From: Sulfolobus sp. S-194
Lineage (GTDB): Archaea > Thermoproteota > Thermoprotei_A > Sulfolobales > Sulfolobaceae
Direction of reading: 5' to 3'
DNA: 24,000 nt
Assembly (NCBI RefSeq): GCF_012222305.1
Contig: NZ_CP035730.1
Coordinates: 2,606,945-2,630,944, forward strand
The translations under genes and the position numbers were made by a program. Under the pieces are notes generated by a model. The model saw nothing but the letters and a program-made list of their open reading frames with translations, had not been told where the DNA came from and did no database searches. Every line of letters starts with the position of its first letter. Position 1 is the first letter of the stretch. Positions 1 through 9,638 of this stretch are shown here, piece after piece.

Positions 1-1645
1 AAGCTATTAGGTCAATAATATTTAGGTTAATTTGTGGTATTATAATATCTAATGGCGTCTTTATATTAAGTTTCTCTGAAGTGAAGGGACAAAGAGTGAT
101 CTCAGCATTTATTTTACTAGGTGTATCTTTATTGTTTAGTAAATCAAGAAAAGCAAAACTACATTTACTTGGTTTTATTTTCTTTTCCAACTCTCTAAAA
201 TAACAAGGTATGTGCAACTTATTTTTATCAATTTCGATTTCTGGTATCACATAATTTTCTATATAATCTATTTCTAAAACTGAATATCGTTTTAAGGGTT
301 GTAAATAATAATACTCTTCTGGTGTAATAGCGATTATTAAATTTATTCCACTAAGCTGATTAGATAGTGATTTCCAGTCAATTTGGTTTTTAATAAGTCT
401 TTGAATATCAAGGTCTATATATTTTAATCCAACTCTTATCCCTTTAGAATATAAATACAATAATGATTTGAGTATTCTTTCTTCAAATCTACTACTTATA
501 GGAGTAATTAATATTACCTTTTCTGACTTCAATTCTTTGAACTTATTTTCTACCTTAACCTTGCTAATATCATAAGTTGCAGATTTAGAGATATCAGAAA
601 TTATATCTAGATTAGCGGGACATACGTCTACACATTTTCCGCACATATGGCAATTAATTTGAACTGATGATCCTAGACTCTGTAAAACATAAAACCCTAA
701 TGGAGAGTAAATTTTCGATTTTGTGTATTCAACGTAAGGACATACATCTACGCATTTTCCACACATTATACAACCATTTAAATTATTTTCACTAGAAGTA
801 TCTGAAAAGTTTGTTAGTTCTACATCTGGAGGAAAGCTAAGAGAAGTATTGGAATAAACAGAGAAATAAACTCTGTTAAAACTAATTCTGAGATATGCTT
901 CGATCGAGTTTGTAATCTGATCTTTAATTTTATATAAATTTTCAATTGTTGTTGTACCAAAATACCGATATTTATGAGGAAAACTAAGATCTTCATAAAT
1001 TATTTTTCCATCAGATAGATCAGTAATAAATTTCTTTAATAATTCCTCTCTTAATTTCGGATAAGCAGCACTTAGCTCAAATTTTCCATCTTTCCAAACT
1101 AATGTTATATCCCTAAATGCTGGTATACCACTACTAAACCATGATTTTAACTTATAGTAGATAACATCAAATTCTTGGCTTGTTAAACTTTTTACTATTA
1201 ACTCTTTACTTTCCTTCTTGACTAGGACTGCATATATTATACCTCCTTTGTATCTTCCAGTATACTTCTCTCCGTTCAAATAAGCTTCTACCTCAACTCT
1301 ATCTTTGATAAATCTAAACTCATTAAACCCAAAGCCTGCATCACTATACTCGACGGATCCTCCAACGGAAAAATTCAAATTACCAAATAATTCTGGTTTA
1401 AACCCTACAACTTCTCTCCATAATGTACCAGACAATATTCTTAGTTTATCATCTTTTTCTTCTATCCCCCTTAATGAAGTTAAGTCTACAATAACTTTTC
1501 CCTCTACACCCCTTGTATATTCATATCTACCTATGCCCTCAGTGATATTTTTCAAATCTTCCTCTGACTGTATAGTTATTACTTTTTCTGGAATTAATAG
1601 TGATCTTCTAGTTAAAGAGAGTCTTGAGTAAAATAAGTTTAACAT
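1..1645 (-). CDS. Fe-S oxidoreductase with two 4Fe-4S ferredoxin-type cluster motifs (GlcF/GlpC/HdrD-like). It is partial, and its 3' end lies beyond the window start
   Basis: This gene is not in the ORF track. I translated the minus strand from the ATG at 1645-1643 (MLNLFYSRLSLTRRSLLIPEKV...). I checked every codon from 1320 down to 2 by hand and found no stop, and the remaining stretch (1320-1645) read open in a first-pass translation. Two CxxCxxCxxxCP motifs are present: NGCIMCGKCVDVCP (about 740-780) and NCHMCGKCVDVCP (about 620-655). The C-terminal part has scattered Cys (IPCY, KCSF, LCPF) but no clean CCG motif. A TATA-like CTTATATTAAA sits about 20-28 nt upstream of the ATG. Confidence 0.65.
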   Translation of the reverse strand, partial: MLNLFYSRLSLTRRSLLIPEKVITIQSEEDLKNITEGIGRYEYTRGVEGKVIVDLTSLRGIEEKDDKLRILSGTLWREVVGFKPELFGNLNFSVGGSVEYSDAGFGFNEFRFIKDRVEVEAYLNGEKYTGRYKGGIIYAVLVKKESKELIVKSLTSQEFDVIYYKLKSWFSSGIPAFRDITLVWKDGKFELSAAYPKLREELLKKFITDLSDGKIIYEDLSFPHKYRYFGTTTIENLYKIKDQITNSIEAYLRISFNRVYFSVYSNTSLSFPPDVELTNFSDTSSENNLNGCIMCGKCVDVCPYVEYTKSKIYSPLGFYVLQSLGSSVQINCHMCGKCVDVCPANLDIISDISKSATYDISKVKVENKFKELKSEKVILITPISSRFEERILKSLLYLYSKGIRVGLKYIDLDIQRLIKNQIDWKSLSNQLSGINLIIAITPEEYYYLQPLKRYSVLEIDYIENYVIPEIEIDKNKLHIPCYFRELEKKIKPSKCSFAFLDLLNNKDTPSKINAEITLCPFTSEKLNIKTPLDIIIPQINLNIIDLIA

Positions 1646-1693
1646 TCTACATAAGAGGTTTAATATAAGCATATAATAACTTTTCTACGAATT

Positions 1694-3910
1694 TTATACT
1701 ATTGGATTTCCAAATAAGTCTTCTTCTTTGTTAACGTTAATTACTCTATTTTCTTTTAAAAATTTTATAAGTCTAAAGGATTTTTTCCTAGATAAATATT
1801 TATTATTATTACCACAGTAAGGGCTATAAATACATTTAGGGCATCCATCCTCACAATCACACTTACCAGTTATATCTAGTGAAATATCATAACTTTCTTC
1901 TAGCCTATCAAATAAAAGTTTGCTAACGCCACTTCCACCTATGACTGAATCGTAAATAATTACATGGCCACTAGGATAACTTATACCGGCTAAATCAGTT
2001 AGTGAAGCACCAGCAGTAATTCTGGCTGCACTAATTAAAACATGTTCTGTGGCATGAAAAGCTTCAACTGCATCAAACTCATTAAATTCTGCTAGAATTG
2101 GATGCTTAATTATAATCCCTTTTGTTTGATAAGAAAATTTTATCGGTTCTTTGTAATATCTCTCTTCTTTAGGTTTGTTCTTCCTACTCATTATGTCATA
2201 AACTACAAAACCATCAACTGAAATCATGATCTCAATTTCACCGTATTTTACTGGTAAACCTAATACTTCTTTACTTTCTATTTCTTTAAACGAAAGGAGA
2301 TGTGTATTGTATAAAGGTTTTGTATAATATGTTATATCATCCGAAATTCTCTTAACTTTAACAGTTAAATGAGATAGATCAATGCTTTCTACTGTATAAG
2401 TCCTTTTAGATATGAGATAAATAGCCTCTGGATAAAGATCATAAAGCGCAACTGGCAGTTCCCTTTCCCCAATCTTTTTATCCCCATCGTATATTTTTAC
2501 TATAGGACCAGTAGATCTTATTGAAGTAGATTTAACAAATTTAACAAGTTCTGGTGTAGAGTAAGCGTAATCTCCAGTTATTTTTACCGGTAAAGAGCTA
2601 AGTGCCTTTACCCAAAGTTTAGGGAGCGATGAAATTTTAACCTTTCCCTTTTCTACAACTAATGCTGCCGCATGGACTTTTATAACTTCCATATTTGTTG
2701 TGTCGAATGGCAAAGGAGTGAGCTTCCTGTTAAAGAACTCTTGAGGCTTACGATTGTAATATGCATCAATTGGATCTTCTCCCAGAAGGGTAAAAACATA
2801 ACCTATCTTATTCCTTCTCCCGGCTCTCCCTGCCCTTTGTAAATATTTAACGTAATTAGGAGGATTCTCAGCCAATATAACAGCGTCCAAATCCCCTATG
2901 TCTATTCCTAGCTCTAAAGTAGGTGTAGCAACTACACCCATTATTTTTCCTCTTTTAAAATCCTCCTCAACCTTTATCCTCTCTTCTGGGTTAATTCCGG
3001 CTCTATGCACTGGAATATCAAATCCGAATCTCTTTATTATTTTTCCTAAAACTTCTGCCATTTGTTGAGAGTCAACAAAGATTAAAACCTTAAGTCCTTT
3101 TTTCATTAAGAGTGAAGCTAAATAGGCAGCAATGGTCCATCTACTTAAAGAACCTATATCTAAAAGAACATGAAAAGCAACACCTTTTCTTCTATTAGTA
3201 CCTTGAATTATTTCTCCTTTTACACCAAATAGTTCCTCAAACAAATAAGGAGACGCACCTATAGTAGCACTAGAGGCTACAACATGATAATCGCCAAATT
3301 CCCTAATTCTATCGCTAATCATTCTAAGATGCGAACCTAATACACCTTCGTAAACGTGAACTTCATCAAAGACAAAATGTTCTGCTGTTCTCAATAATCT
3401 CCTAAATCTGTTGCTTAATGCTAATCCTATATGAATCATATCAGGATTAGTTATTAGAATATCAGGTGGATTTTCATATAATCTCTCCCTCTCTTTTTCT
3501 GGTGTATCTCCATCAAAAACACCAACAGTGATGCCTAATTCGGTTGTAAACTTAAGAATTCTTTCAAGTTGGTCTCTAGCTAAAGCTTTTGTAGGGTAAA
3601 CTAAAACGCTCCTTTCTCCTCTTAAAGAAAATTCAAGAATTGGTATCATGAAAGCTTCAGTTTTCCCTGTCCCTGTGCCAGATACTATCATAACGTTTTT
3701 TTTATCTAAAATTTTATGTAAAGCTTCTTCTTGATACTTATAGAGTCGTTCAATTCCTTGTTTTTTAAGGCTATCCTTTATTTTACTACCAATGTTGAGA
3801 GTATCTACAAAATTACCGAATTCTGGGTCAAGCGCAGTTTCCGTGTAAACATGACTAATTTTAACGTTAAAGTAGTCTAAAGCATTCTTTACTTCATCAA
3901 TTATATCCAT
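1694..3910 (-). CDS. Superfamily-2 DEAD/DEAH-box helicase with a C-terminal DUF1998 (MrfA-type Zn-binding) domain, MrfA/YprA/Hrq1-like
   Basis: The track ORF is 1694..3955. Helicase motifs are present: [11 protein letters not shown] (I), FDEVH (II), SSAT (III) and QRAGRAGRR (VI). The C-terminal Cys cluster is [27 protein letters not shown] prefer the internal ATG at 3910 ([11 protein letters not shown]...) because the first 15 codons ([15 protein letters not shown]) look like read-through and 3910 is well spaced from the shared A/T box at 3932-3950. The alternative start is 3955. Confidence 0.85.
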   Translation of the reverse strand: MDIIDEVKNALDYFNVKISHVYTETALDPEFGNFVDTLNIGSKIKDSLKKQGIERLYKYQEEALHKILDKKNVMIVSGTGTGKTEAFMIPILEFSLRGERSVLVYPTKALARDQLERILKFTTELGITVGVFDGDTPEKERERLYENPPDILITNPDMIHIGLALSNRFRRLLRTAEHFVFDEVHVYEGVLGSHLRMISDRIREFGDYHVVASSATIGASPYLFEELFGVKGEIIQGTNRRKGVAFHVLLDIGSLSRWTIAAYLASLLMKKGLKVLIFVDSQQMAEVLGKIIKRFGFDIPVHRAGINPEERIKVEEDFKRGKIMGVVATPTLELGIDIGDLDAVILAENPPNYVKYLQRAGRAGRRNKIGYVFTLLGEDPIDAYYNRKPQEFFNRKLTPLPFDTTNMEVIKVHAAALVVEKGKVKISSLPKLWVKALSSLPVKITGDYAYSTPELVKFVKSTSIRSTGPIVKIYDGDKKIGERELPVALYDLYPEAIYLISKRTYTVESIDLSHLTVKVKRISDDITYYTKPLYNTHLLSFKEIESKEVLGLPVKYGEIEIMISVDGFVVYDIMSRKNKPKEERYYKEPIKFSYQTKGIIIKHPILAEFNEFDAVEAFHATEHVLISAARITAGASLTDLAGISYPSGHVIIYDSVIGGSGVSKLLFDRLEESYDISLDITGKCDCEDGCPKCIYSPYCGNNNKYLSRKKSFRLIKFLKENRVINVNKEEDLFGNPIV

Positions 3911-3931
3911 AAATAACAAGATTGAAATAAG

Positions 3932-3950
3932 AAAATTTATTTTTAAATCC
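3932..3950. promoter_or_regulatory. Shared A/T-rich TATA-like box between the divergent helicase and GAT-QueC genes (putative bidirectional promoter)
   Basis: The sequence is aaaatttatttttaaatcc. Its TTTATTTTTAAA core lies 18-29 nt upstream of the GTG at 3965 (+ strand) and 26-37 nt upstream of the ATG at 3910 (- strand). It is the only intergenic sequence available to both genes. Confidence 0.35.
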
Positions 3951-3964
3951 TCCATTATACGGAT

Positions 3965-5347
3965 GTGTGTAGTGTAACTGGGGTACTAATAATTAAACCA
4001 GAAAATTATGAAAAAATAGAAAAGAAGTTTATTCAGATTCTTAAGAGAGCAGAGGATAGAGGAAGAGATAGTTTTGGTGTTATAGTCATAGAGAAAGATG
4101 GAAGTATAAAAAAAGTTAAAGCTTTAGGGAGGCCGTCAACTCAAGAAGAGAAGTTATATGGCATATTAGATGAGAATTCCAAGGTAATAATAGCTAATAA
4201 TAGAGCAGAACCAACCACAGAATATGTAAGACAAAAGACAGAAGAGGATATTCAACCCTTTGAAGGAGAAAGATATATACTTACTCATAACGGAATAATC
4301 GCTAACGACTTGGAATTAGAGAAAAAATATAATGTGGTAAGAAGGACTAAAATAGATAGTGCGGTAATTCCACCGATTTTAGATAAATACTGGGATGGAG
4401 AAATAGAAAAATTAAGGAAAATACTAAATGATATTAAAGGGAGTTTTGCATTTATAATAGGTGATAAGAAGAAGCCTGATAGAATCTACATTGCTCAGAA
4501 TTTTAAGCCAGTGTATATGATGTATGATAGAGAGTTAGGTGCTATATTCTTTACATCACTTGATGATTACTTTGATGCCTCTCCATTTGATTCAGTAACA
4601 AAATTAGACCCTTACTCGATAGTAGAAGTTAATGATAAAATGGAAGTTAAAAAAGTTCAATTACTCGATAGTAAGATTAAAAAGGTTCTTGTAATTGCAA
4701 GTGGCGGACTAGATTCCACTGTAGCTGCAACATACTTACTAAGGCAAGGGTATGAAATCACTCTTTTACATTTTAATTATCATCATAAGGCTGAGGAGAG
4801 AGAAAGAGAAGCTGTAAAGAAGATTTCAGAATACCTACAAGTACCATTAATAGAGATTAACACTGACTTGTTTAAAATTATAGGACACACCACATTACTC
4901 AAGGGTGGTGGAGAAATTGTTAAAGAAAGATTTGGGGAGGAAGGTGCGGAATTTGCTCATGAATGGGTACCAGCTAGGAATCTGATTTTCTATTCGGTTG
5001 CTTTGGCATTAGCTGAGGCTTACGGGTATGACGCTATAGCATCTGGAATAAATTTAGAGGAAGCTGGAGCTTATCCAGATAATGAAATGGAGTTTGTAAG
5101 ATTATTTGCTAAACTATCTCCTTATGCTACTGGGCCTAATAAAAAAGTTGAAGTGATGATGCCAGTAGGCAATTTAGTAAAGCATGAAATTGTGAAACTC
5201 GGTGTTGAAATAGGTGCTCCGCTTCATCTAACATGGAGCTGTTATGAAGGTGGGCAAAAACATTGTGGGAAATGTGGGCCTTGTTATATGAGGAAGATGG
5301 CGTTTAGGATCAATGGACTTAAAGATCCAGTTGAATATGAAAGCTAG
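3965..5347 (+). CDS. queC: GAT-QueC fusion: an N-terminal class II (Ntn) glutamine amidotransferase domain fused to 7-cyano-7-deazaguanine synthase (QueC)
   Basis: A GTG start gives the N-terminus MCSVTG, where Cys2 is the nucleophile position of Ntn amidotransferases, and an HNG motif follows. The C-terminal half has the PP-loop [13 protein letters not shown] and the QueC zinc motif [21 protein letters not shown]. This two-domain architecture matches the crenarchaeal GAT-QueC family, which has been proposed to act in archaeosine synthesis. Confidence 0.9.
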   Translation: MCSVTGVLIIKPENYEKIEKKFIQILKRAEDRGRDSFGVIVIEKDGSIKKVKALGRPSTQEEKLYGILDENSKVIIANNRAEPTTEYVRQKTEEDIQPFEGERYILTHNGIIANDLELEKKYNVVRRTKIDSAVIPPILDKYWDGEIEKLRKILNDIKGSFAFIIGDKKKPDRIYIAQNFKPVYMMYDRELGAIFFTSLDDYFDASPFDSVTKLDPYSIVEVNDKMEVKKVQLLDSKIKKVLVIASGGLDSTVAATYLLRQGYEITLLHFNYHHKAEEREREAVKKISEYLQVPLIEINTDLFKIIGHTTLLKGGGEIVKERFGEEGAEFAHEWVPARNLIFYSVALALAEAYGYDAIASGINLEEAGAYPDNEMEFVRLFAKLSPYATGPNKKVEVMMPVGNLVKHEIVKLGVEIGAPLHLTWSCYEGGQKHCGKCGPCYMRKMAFRINGLKDPVEYES

Positions 5348-5541
5348 CCTTGGTAATAGAAATATCTCCCTTTTCTTATAACTTTATTCTCTCTCATTAG
5401 TTGAACTAGTGCTGAATTAACTTCAGAAGCTGGGAAATTAACATATTTTATTAAATCGCTAAATGTTATCCATTCTCTTTCTTTTAATATTTTTTCAACA
5501 ATGTTTTTTATTTCCTCATTTTTACTTGAATCCATACCCAT
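5344..5541 (-). CDS. Small (65 aa) winged-helix-like DNA-binding protein, hypothetical
   Basis: This is a track ORF. The stretch [39 protein letters not shown] looks like an HTH plus wing. Its stop overlaps the queC stop by 4 nt (CTAG). Confidence 0.55.
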   Translation of the reverse strand: MGMDSSKNEEIKNIVEKILKEREWITFSDLIKYVNFPASEVNSALVQLMRENKVIRKGRYFYYQG

Positions 5542-5622
5542 CTAATCTGTTCCGTTCCAAATAAATTTTGTGCCAAGTTGAAGAAGCAACAAGAATATAT
5601 ACTGTGTATTAAAAATATTCAT

Positions 5623-5988
5623 ATGAAGTTATTTATTCCCATGATAGGTAGTGCTATAGTACTGTCTATAGGTGGAATTTTACTCATAAATAAGGTTCCT
5701 CTCATTATATCTCTAGGTACTTTAATAGCTGTTTTATTATTTCTTATTTCATTCCTTCTCATCTATAAGGAGTATAAAGCCGGTTATTATCTTGGTCTAG
5801 TTCTTAGTATTTTAGCTATATTATCTTCTGTAACTTCAACGACTCATGATAAGGCTTTATTAGCCTTTGGTTCTTCTTTATATATTTCTATTTTAGACAT
5901 ATTAATGCTATTAGGTTTCTATCTTTTCCCAGTTCTTTATATTATACTTTTTGCAAAAAAGTTAAAAAGGAGTATGACAAATAAGTAA
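5623..5988 (+). CDS. Small integral membrane protein (about 4 predicted TM helices), hypothetical
   Basis: The track ORF is 5578..5988 and starts at a TTG. I prefer the in-frame ATG at 5623 (MKLFIPMIGSAIVL...). The sequence is hydrophobic throughout. The gene ends 4 nt before the next gene. Confidence 0.55.
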   Translation: MKLFIPMIGSAIVLSIGGILLINKVPLIISLGTLIAVLLFLISFLLIYKEYKAGYYLGLVLSILAILSSVTSTTHDKALLAFGSSLYISILDILMLLGFYLFPVLYIILFAKKLKRSMTNK

Positions 5989-5992
5989 AGTA

Positions 5993-6475
5993 ATGCAGAC
6001 TCAAGTACCTATACTGTCACCTTCAGCTAGAGTAGCAGATCTGTTAGGCTTATTAACAGTATTATATAATAGCTTTGAAGGTAAGACAGATATTTATTTA
6101 CTAGAGAAAGAATTGGAAGTAGATATAGATGACTTTATGCCTATAGTTTATGCTGCTAATACTCTGGGATTTGTAACAATAGGGGACGGGGATATAATAA
6201 TAACAGATAAAGGAATAGAATTTTTAAAAGGAAATATAAGAAAAAGAAAAGAATTATTGAGGGAGTCTTTACATAAAATTGAACCTTTTGCTACAGCTAA
6301 AGAACTTAGAAAGTTTAAAATTGATGAACTACTAAGGAAATTAGAAGAAAAAGGAATTACAGCTTATTCTGGTCCTACTGGATATCATGATTTGCAAGTT
6401 ATTTTAGCAGAATGGGGTGTATATTCTGGATTTCTAAAGTTAGTTGATGATGAATATGAGGTAACAATTAGTTAA
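5993..6475 (+). CDS. Stand-alone protein resembling the 'C-terminal AAA-associated domain' of NitT/TauT-type ABC ATPases (winged-helix-like), function unknown
   Basis: This is a track ORF. The N-terminal half (ARVADLLGLLTVLYNSFEGKTDIYLLEKELEVDIDDFMPIVYAANTLGFVTIGDGDIIITDKGIEFL) matches my recollection of that domain's pattern. No ATPase domain is present. It appears to be co-transcribed with the upstream membrane protein. Confidence 0.45.
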   Translation: MQTQVPILSPSARVADLLGLLTVLYNSFEGKTDIYLLEKELEVDIDDFMPIVYAANTLGFVTIGDGDIIITDKGIEFLKGNIRKRKELLRESLHKIEPFATAKELRKFKIDELLRKLEEKGITAYSGPTGYHDLQVILAEWGVYSGFLKLVDDEYEVTIS

Positions 6476-6533
6476 TTTACGATATGGCGTAATCCAAGAA
6501 TGTTTTATAAGGTTTTGTTAAAAACTGTAAATC

Positions 6534-7277
6534 ATGGAGAATGAGAATTTAGAAGAACCAGTGCTACACTATACTCATGAAGCTGATGTATTTAGAACTA
6601 GAGTATTTGGTATCCAAGACGGACTTATTGGTGTAGGTGCTATAGCTCTAGGTGCAGCTGGGTATTCTCAAGACCCCTTGCTTGTATTAGTTACTGGATT
6701 GATAGCAACTATAGCCCAAGCTTTCTCAATGGGTATTGGTGAATACATATCCACAAGGGTAAGAAATCAAATAATAGAAAATGAAATACGGAAAGAACGT
6801 TATGAAATTGAAAAATATCCTGAAAAAGAGAAAGAAGAACTTAAACAGTTTTACTTGAGTAAAGGATTACCAGAAAAGGAAGCTGAAGAAATTGCTGAAA
6901 GGCTAATGAAAAATAAAGATGTTGTACTCCATGAAATGATGATCCATGAACTAAAACTATTTCCGGAAGAGTTTGAGAAACCAGTGAAATTAGGCTTTAT
7001 TATGGCTTTATATTTGATTATCGGTGGGTTAATTCCCTTAATTCCATTCATTTTGTCATTATTTATAAAAATTCCTTTTGTATTCTCTATAGTTTCCTCT
7101 ATTATTCTGGTTTTATTAACACTAGGTGTATTTGGTTCAATGACTAGTAAATATACTGGTTTAAATAAACTTAGAGGTGCATTCGAGCAAATAGGAACTG
7201 GATTATTAGCACTCATTGGCAGTTACATTGGTGGTGTAATAATTGGTTACTTTTTACCAATTCATGTTGCTATTTAA
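6534..7277 (+). CDS. VIT1/CCC1-family Fe2+/Mn2+ transporter
   Basis: This is a track ORF. The signature [17 protein letters not shown] is present, with an acidic cytoplasmic loop ([17 protein letters not shown]...[11 protein letters not shown]) and C-terminal TM helices. A TATA-like gttttataagg lies about 19-29 nt upstream. Confidence 0.8.
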   Translation: MENENLEEPVLHYTHEADVFRTRVFGIQDGLIGVGAIALGAAGYSQDPLLVLVTGLIATIAQAFSMGIGEYISTRVRNQIIENEIRKERYEIEKYPEKEKEELKQFYLSKGLPEKEAEEIAERLMKNKDVVLHEMMIHELKLFPEEFEKPVKLGFIMALYLIIGGLIPLIPFILSLFIKIPFVFSIVSSIILVLLTLGVFGSMTSKYTGLNKLRGAFEQIGTGLLALIGSYIGGVIIGYFLPIHVAI

Positions 7278-8200
7278 TTATCTCCGGCATGTAATAATTT
7301 AGCTAATCCTCTAGGAATCGTAGCTGGTTTGTTTTCTTTTTTGAATAGTTCCCTTCTATGAGCTTCAAGTAAATTTGGTTCTATCCCTAAATATTCAGCA
7401 GCTGAGATTACTTTAACTCCAAAATCTTTTGCTACATCTTTTACTGGTTTCAATACATTTTCATAATTTAAATCCCTTAATACGTGATGATCGATTATAG
7501 CATATTGTAGTCCGTTCTTGACTATAGACTCCATATTTTTTATTGATTTATCTAAATCTTCTTCTGATAAAGCTCTACCTAATAAATAACTTAGCGGTCC
7601 GTCTATTATAATAAAATTAGGTGAGATTTTTTTGGTAAAATCCAGATGTTGTTCCTTTGGAGCTCCCTCGATATCAGATGTAAAAAGTACTGTACCATCT
7701 TTGTCGTTTATACCCAGCTGAATAACATAACCCAGTCTTTCATCTGCTCCATGAGGTACGGCGTTTGAAAAAATTAATTTTGTTGAACCAAAAACAAATT
7801 CTTTTCCGTCAGCTATTTCTATTTTTCTAGGAGTGTCTTTCAATGCTCTAAGAAACTTAGGTGCTCTTCTATATTTCTGACTATTATTTATGTTGTTTGT
7901 GGGATCTTTAATAAAGACCATTTTATTACTATATATCTCGATTGGAATAACGTATCCGGGATCATGATGATCATAATGATAGTGAGTTATGACTATAATG
8001 TCTATATCCTTAGATATTTCATAGATTTTTTTAGCTAATTCGATCAGCTTGTCTACTTCTAATTGGTGAGGAGGAAGTCCATATCTTCTTGGTGCTAAAG
8101 ACACTGCAGGATCAATTAGAATTCTAACATCCTTGGTTTCAACCAAGGTTGCTTGTGATCTAACTCCTAAGCTCTCAAATGCTAATGGTGTAACTTTCAT
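7274..8200 (-). CDS. Metallo-beta-lactamase-fold protein, archaeal UPF0282 family
   Basis: This is a track ORF. The MBL histidine motif [12 protein letters not shown] is present. The N-terminus [21 protein letters not shown] resembles UPF0282 proteins of Sulfolobales as I recall them. Confidence 0.75.
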   Translation of the reverse strand: MKVTPLAFESLGVRSQATLVETKDVRILIDPAVSLAPRRYGLPPHQLEVDKLIELAKKIYEISKDIDIIVITHYHYDHHDPGYVIPIEIYSNKMVFIKDPTNNINNSQKYRRAPKFLRALKDTPRKIEIADGKEFVFGSTKLIFSNAVPHGADERLGYVIQLGINDKDGTVLFTSDIEGAPKEQHLDFTKKISPNFIIIDGPLSYLLGRALSEEDLDKSIKNMESIVKNGLQYAIIDHHVLRDLNYENVLKPVKDVAKDFGVKVISAAEYLGIEPNLLEAHRRELFKKENKPATIPRGLAKLLHAGDN

Positions 8201-8210
8201 CTTTTCACAA

Positions 8211-8459
8211 TTATAATCTTATGCTACTAATGTCTAATATTGCTTCTCTTAATCTTCTCCTAAATTCTTCTAAATCTTGATATGCTAATCTAAGTCCATA
8301 ATTTGTACTTTTCTTTTCCATGTATTTTCCTACTCCATATAATGTTAAACCAGTTATCGTAGTCAGATGGAATGGATCATCAAGTCCAAAAGCTATAAAC
8401 TTTCCCACAGCTTGTAACGTTTTTCCTTTTGGTTCGTAATCACCTAAAATTTCTTTCAT
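8211..8459 (-). CDS. Hypothetical small protein (82 aa)
   Basis: The track ORF is 8211..8525 and begins at a TTG with an odd hydrophobic leader. I prefer the in-frame ATG at 8459 ([13 protein letters not shown]...). I recognise no motif. It ends 10 nt upstream of the UPF0282 gene. Confidence 0.4.
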   Translation of the reverse strand: MKEILGDYEPKGKTLQAVGKFIAFGLDDPFHLTTITGLTLYGVGKYMEKKSTNYGLRLAYQDLEEFRRRLREAILDISSIRL

Positions 8460-8539
8460 ATAAAATAAATTTTGTTTTAGTAGATATAAGAGGTATGGGA
8501 ATATAATATGGTATTTGCTTGTCAAAAACTATTTGAGTA

Positions 8540-9601
8540 TTATATGATGAAAATCTCTTCTTTCTGTAAATTATTCATCATCACAGCCTTATTATTAACA
8601 TAAACCATGTCTTCTATTCTAATACCAAATTTCTCTGGGAGATAAATTCCGGGTTCAATAGTAAATACCATATTTTTCTCGATCTTTCTCTTATAATTTG
8701 GAGCAATATAAGGTTCCTCATGCACATCAATACCAATTCCGTGTCCAGTTCTATGGATGAAATATTTGCCAAAACCATAGTTTGATATAACTTGTCTTGC
8801 AACTTTATCTATCTCACAAGCCTGTATATTTTCTTTTATCATGTCTTCTGCCTTTTGTTGTGCTTCCTTAACTATTTCAAAGATTTTTATTATTTCTTCA
8901 TTAGGTTTTCCAATACTAGCTACCCTAGTAGTATCAGTAGAATACCCCTTATATTTTACTCCAAAATCAAAAATTAGTATATCTCCTTGTTTTATTTCTC
9001 TAATGGTAGATCTCAAGTGTGGCATAGATGTATTGGGTCCAGAAGTTACTATTGGCTCGAAAGACACACTATCGGCACCATTATTTAGGAATTCATCCAC
9101 TAACATTTTAGCTATTTTCTTCTCATTCAAACCTGGCTTTATCTGATTTATAGTATTGATAAATGATTTCTCAGCTATTCTAACTCCTTCTTTCATTATT
9201 TCAATTTCTTCATCTTGTTTAATTATTCGTAATTCCTTCATTATTTCATTTGCCTTAATAAGTTGTGAAGGTGAAAAATTATTTATTATGTCTATTGTAA
9301 ATGAGGACCAAAGAGTGTCATCAATTGCAATACTTTTCCCTTTTTCGATGTTCAATTTCTTGTAAGGATTTTCATCATCAGAATAACTTACAACTGGTAT
9401 GTTAAAATGAGATAATTGTTCTTCATAGAGTTTTGGAGCTAAAAAGTAAACGTTCCAATTATCTATTACGAGAAATAATGGTCTTTCCATCTGTTCTTCA
9501 GTAAATCCGGTTAAATAAAACATGTTGCTACCAGGTCCAAGAATTATGTAATCAATCATTCTCTCTTTCATTAACTGTCTTAATTTCGCTATCCTCTTCA
9601 T
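8540..9601 (-). CDS. pepQ: Xaa-Pro dipeptidase / M24B-family aminopeptidase
   Basis: This is a track ORF. The M24 metal-ligand motifs are present: DFGVKYKGYSTD, HRTGHGIGIDVHEEP, FTIEPGIY and IRIEDMV. A creatinase-like N-terminal domain precedes them. Confidence 0.9.
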   Translation of the reverse strand: MKRIAKLRQLMKERMIDYIILGPGSNMFYLTGFTEEQMERPLFLVIDNWNVYFLAPKLYEEQLSHFNIPVVSYSDDENPYKKLNIEKGKSIAIDDTLWSSFTIDIINNFSPSQLIKANEIMKELRIIKQDEEIEIMKEGVRIAEKSFINTINQIKPGLNEKKIAKMLVDEFLNNGADSVSFEPIVTSGPNTSMPHLRSTIREIKQGDILIFDFGVKYKGYSTDTTRVASIGKPNEEIIKIFEIVKEAQQKAEDMIKENIQACEIDKVARQVISNYGFGKYFIHRTGHGIGIDVHEEPYIAPNYKRKIEKNMVFTIEPGIYLPEKFGIRIEDMVYVNNKAVMMNNLQKEEIFII

Positions 9602-9638
9602 ATATAGCTTTTTTAAGCAAAAGCCCTATATAACTTCT

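Noticed and set aside
1305-1631. Track ORF on the + strand (108 aa, Pro/Ser/Leu-rich, low complexity)
   Set aside because: It lies wholly antisense to the long minus-strand Fe-S oxidoreductase frame, which I verified as open from 1645 to the window edge. It has no motif or promoter context, so it is a shadow ORF.
3911-3955. 15-codon N-terminal extension of the helicase ([15 protein letters not shown]), and similar TTG or long-form starts at 5578, 8525 and 18958
   Set aside because: The extensions are hydrophobic or low-complexity. They consume the only promoter space or run into divergent genes. In-frame ATGs with TATA-like boxes at the right distance exist downstream. I kept them as alternatives only.
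6851-7216. Track ORF on the - strand (121 aa) inside the VIT1 gene
   Set aside because: It is antisense to a well-supported VIT1 CDS. The composition is low-complexity (N/I/S/F-rich), typical of shadow frames in AT-rich DNA.
8544-8550. ATGATGA (C-box-like) sequence suggesting a C/D box sRNA near the pepQ 3' end
   Set aside because: It lies within the last codons of pepQ on the opposite strand. There is no properly spaced CTGA D box or terminal stem, and similar heptamers elsewhere (for example about 5150 and 6935) are plainly coding.
8614-9365. Four track ORFs (8614..8802 -, 8792..8977 +, 8841..9146 +, 9156..9365 +) overlapping pepQ
   Set aside because: All are off-frame or antisense within the M24 peptidase gene. 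Their sequences are hydrophobic and low-complexity with no motifs.
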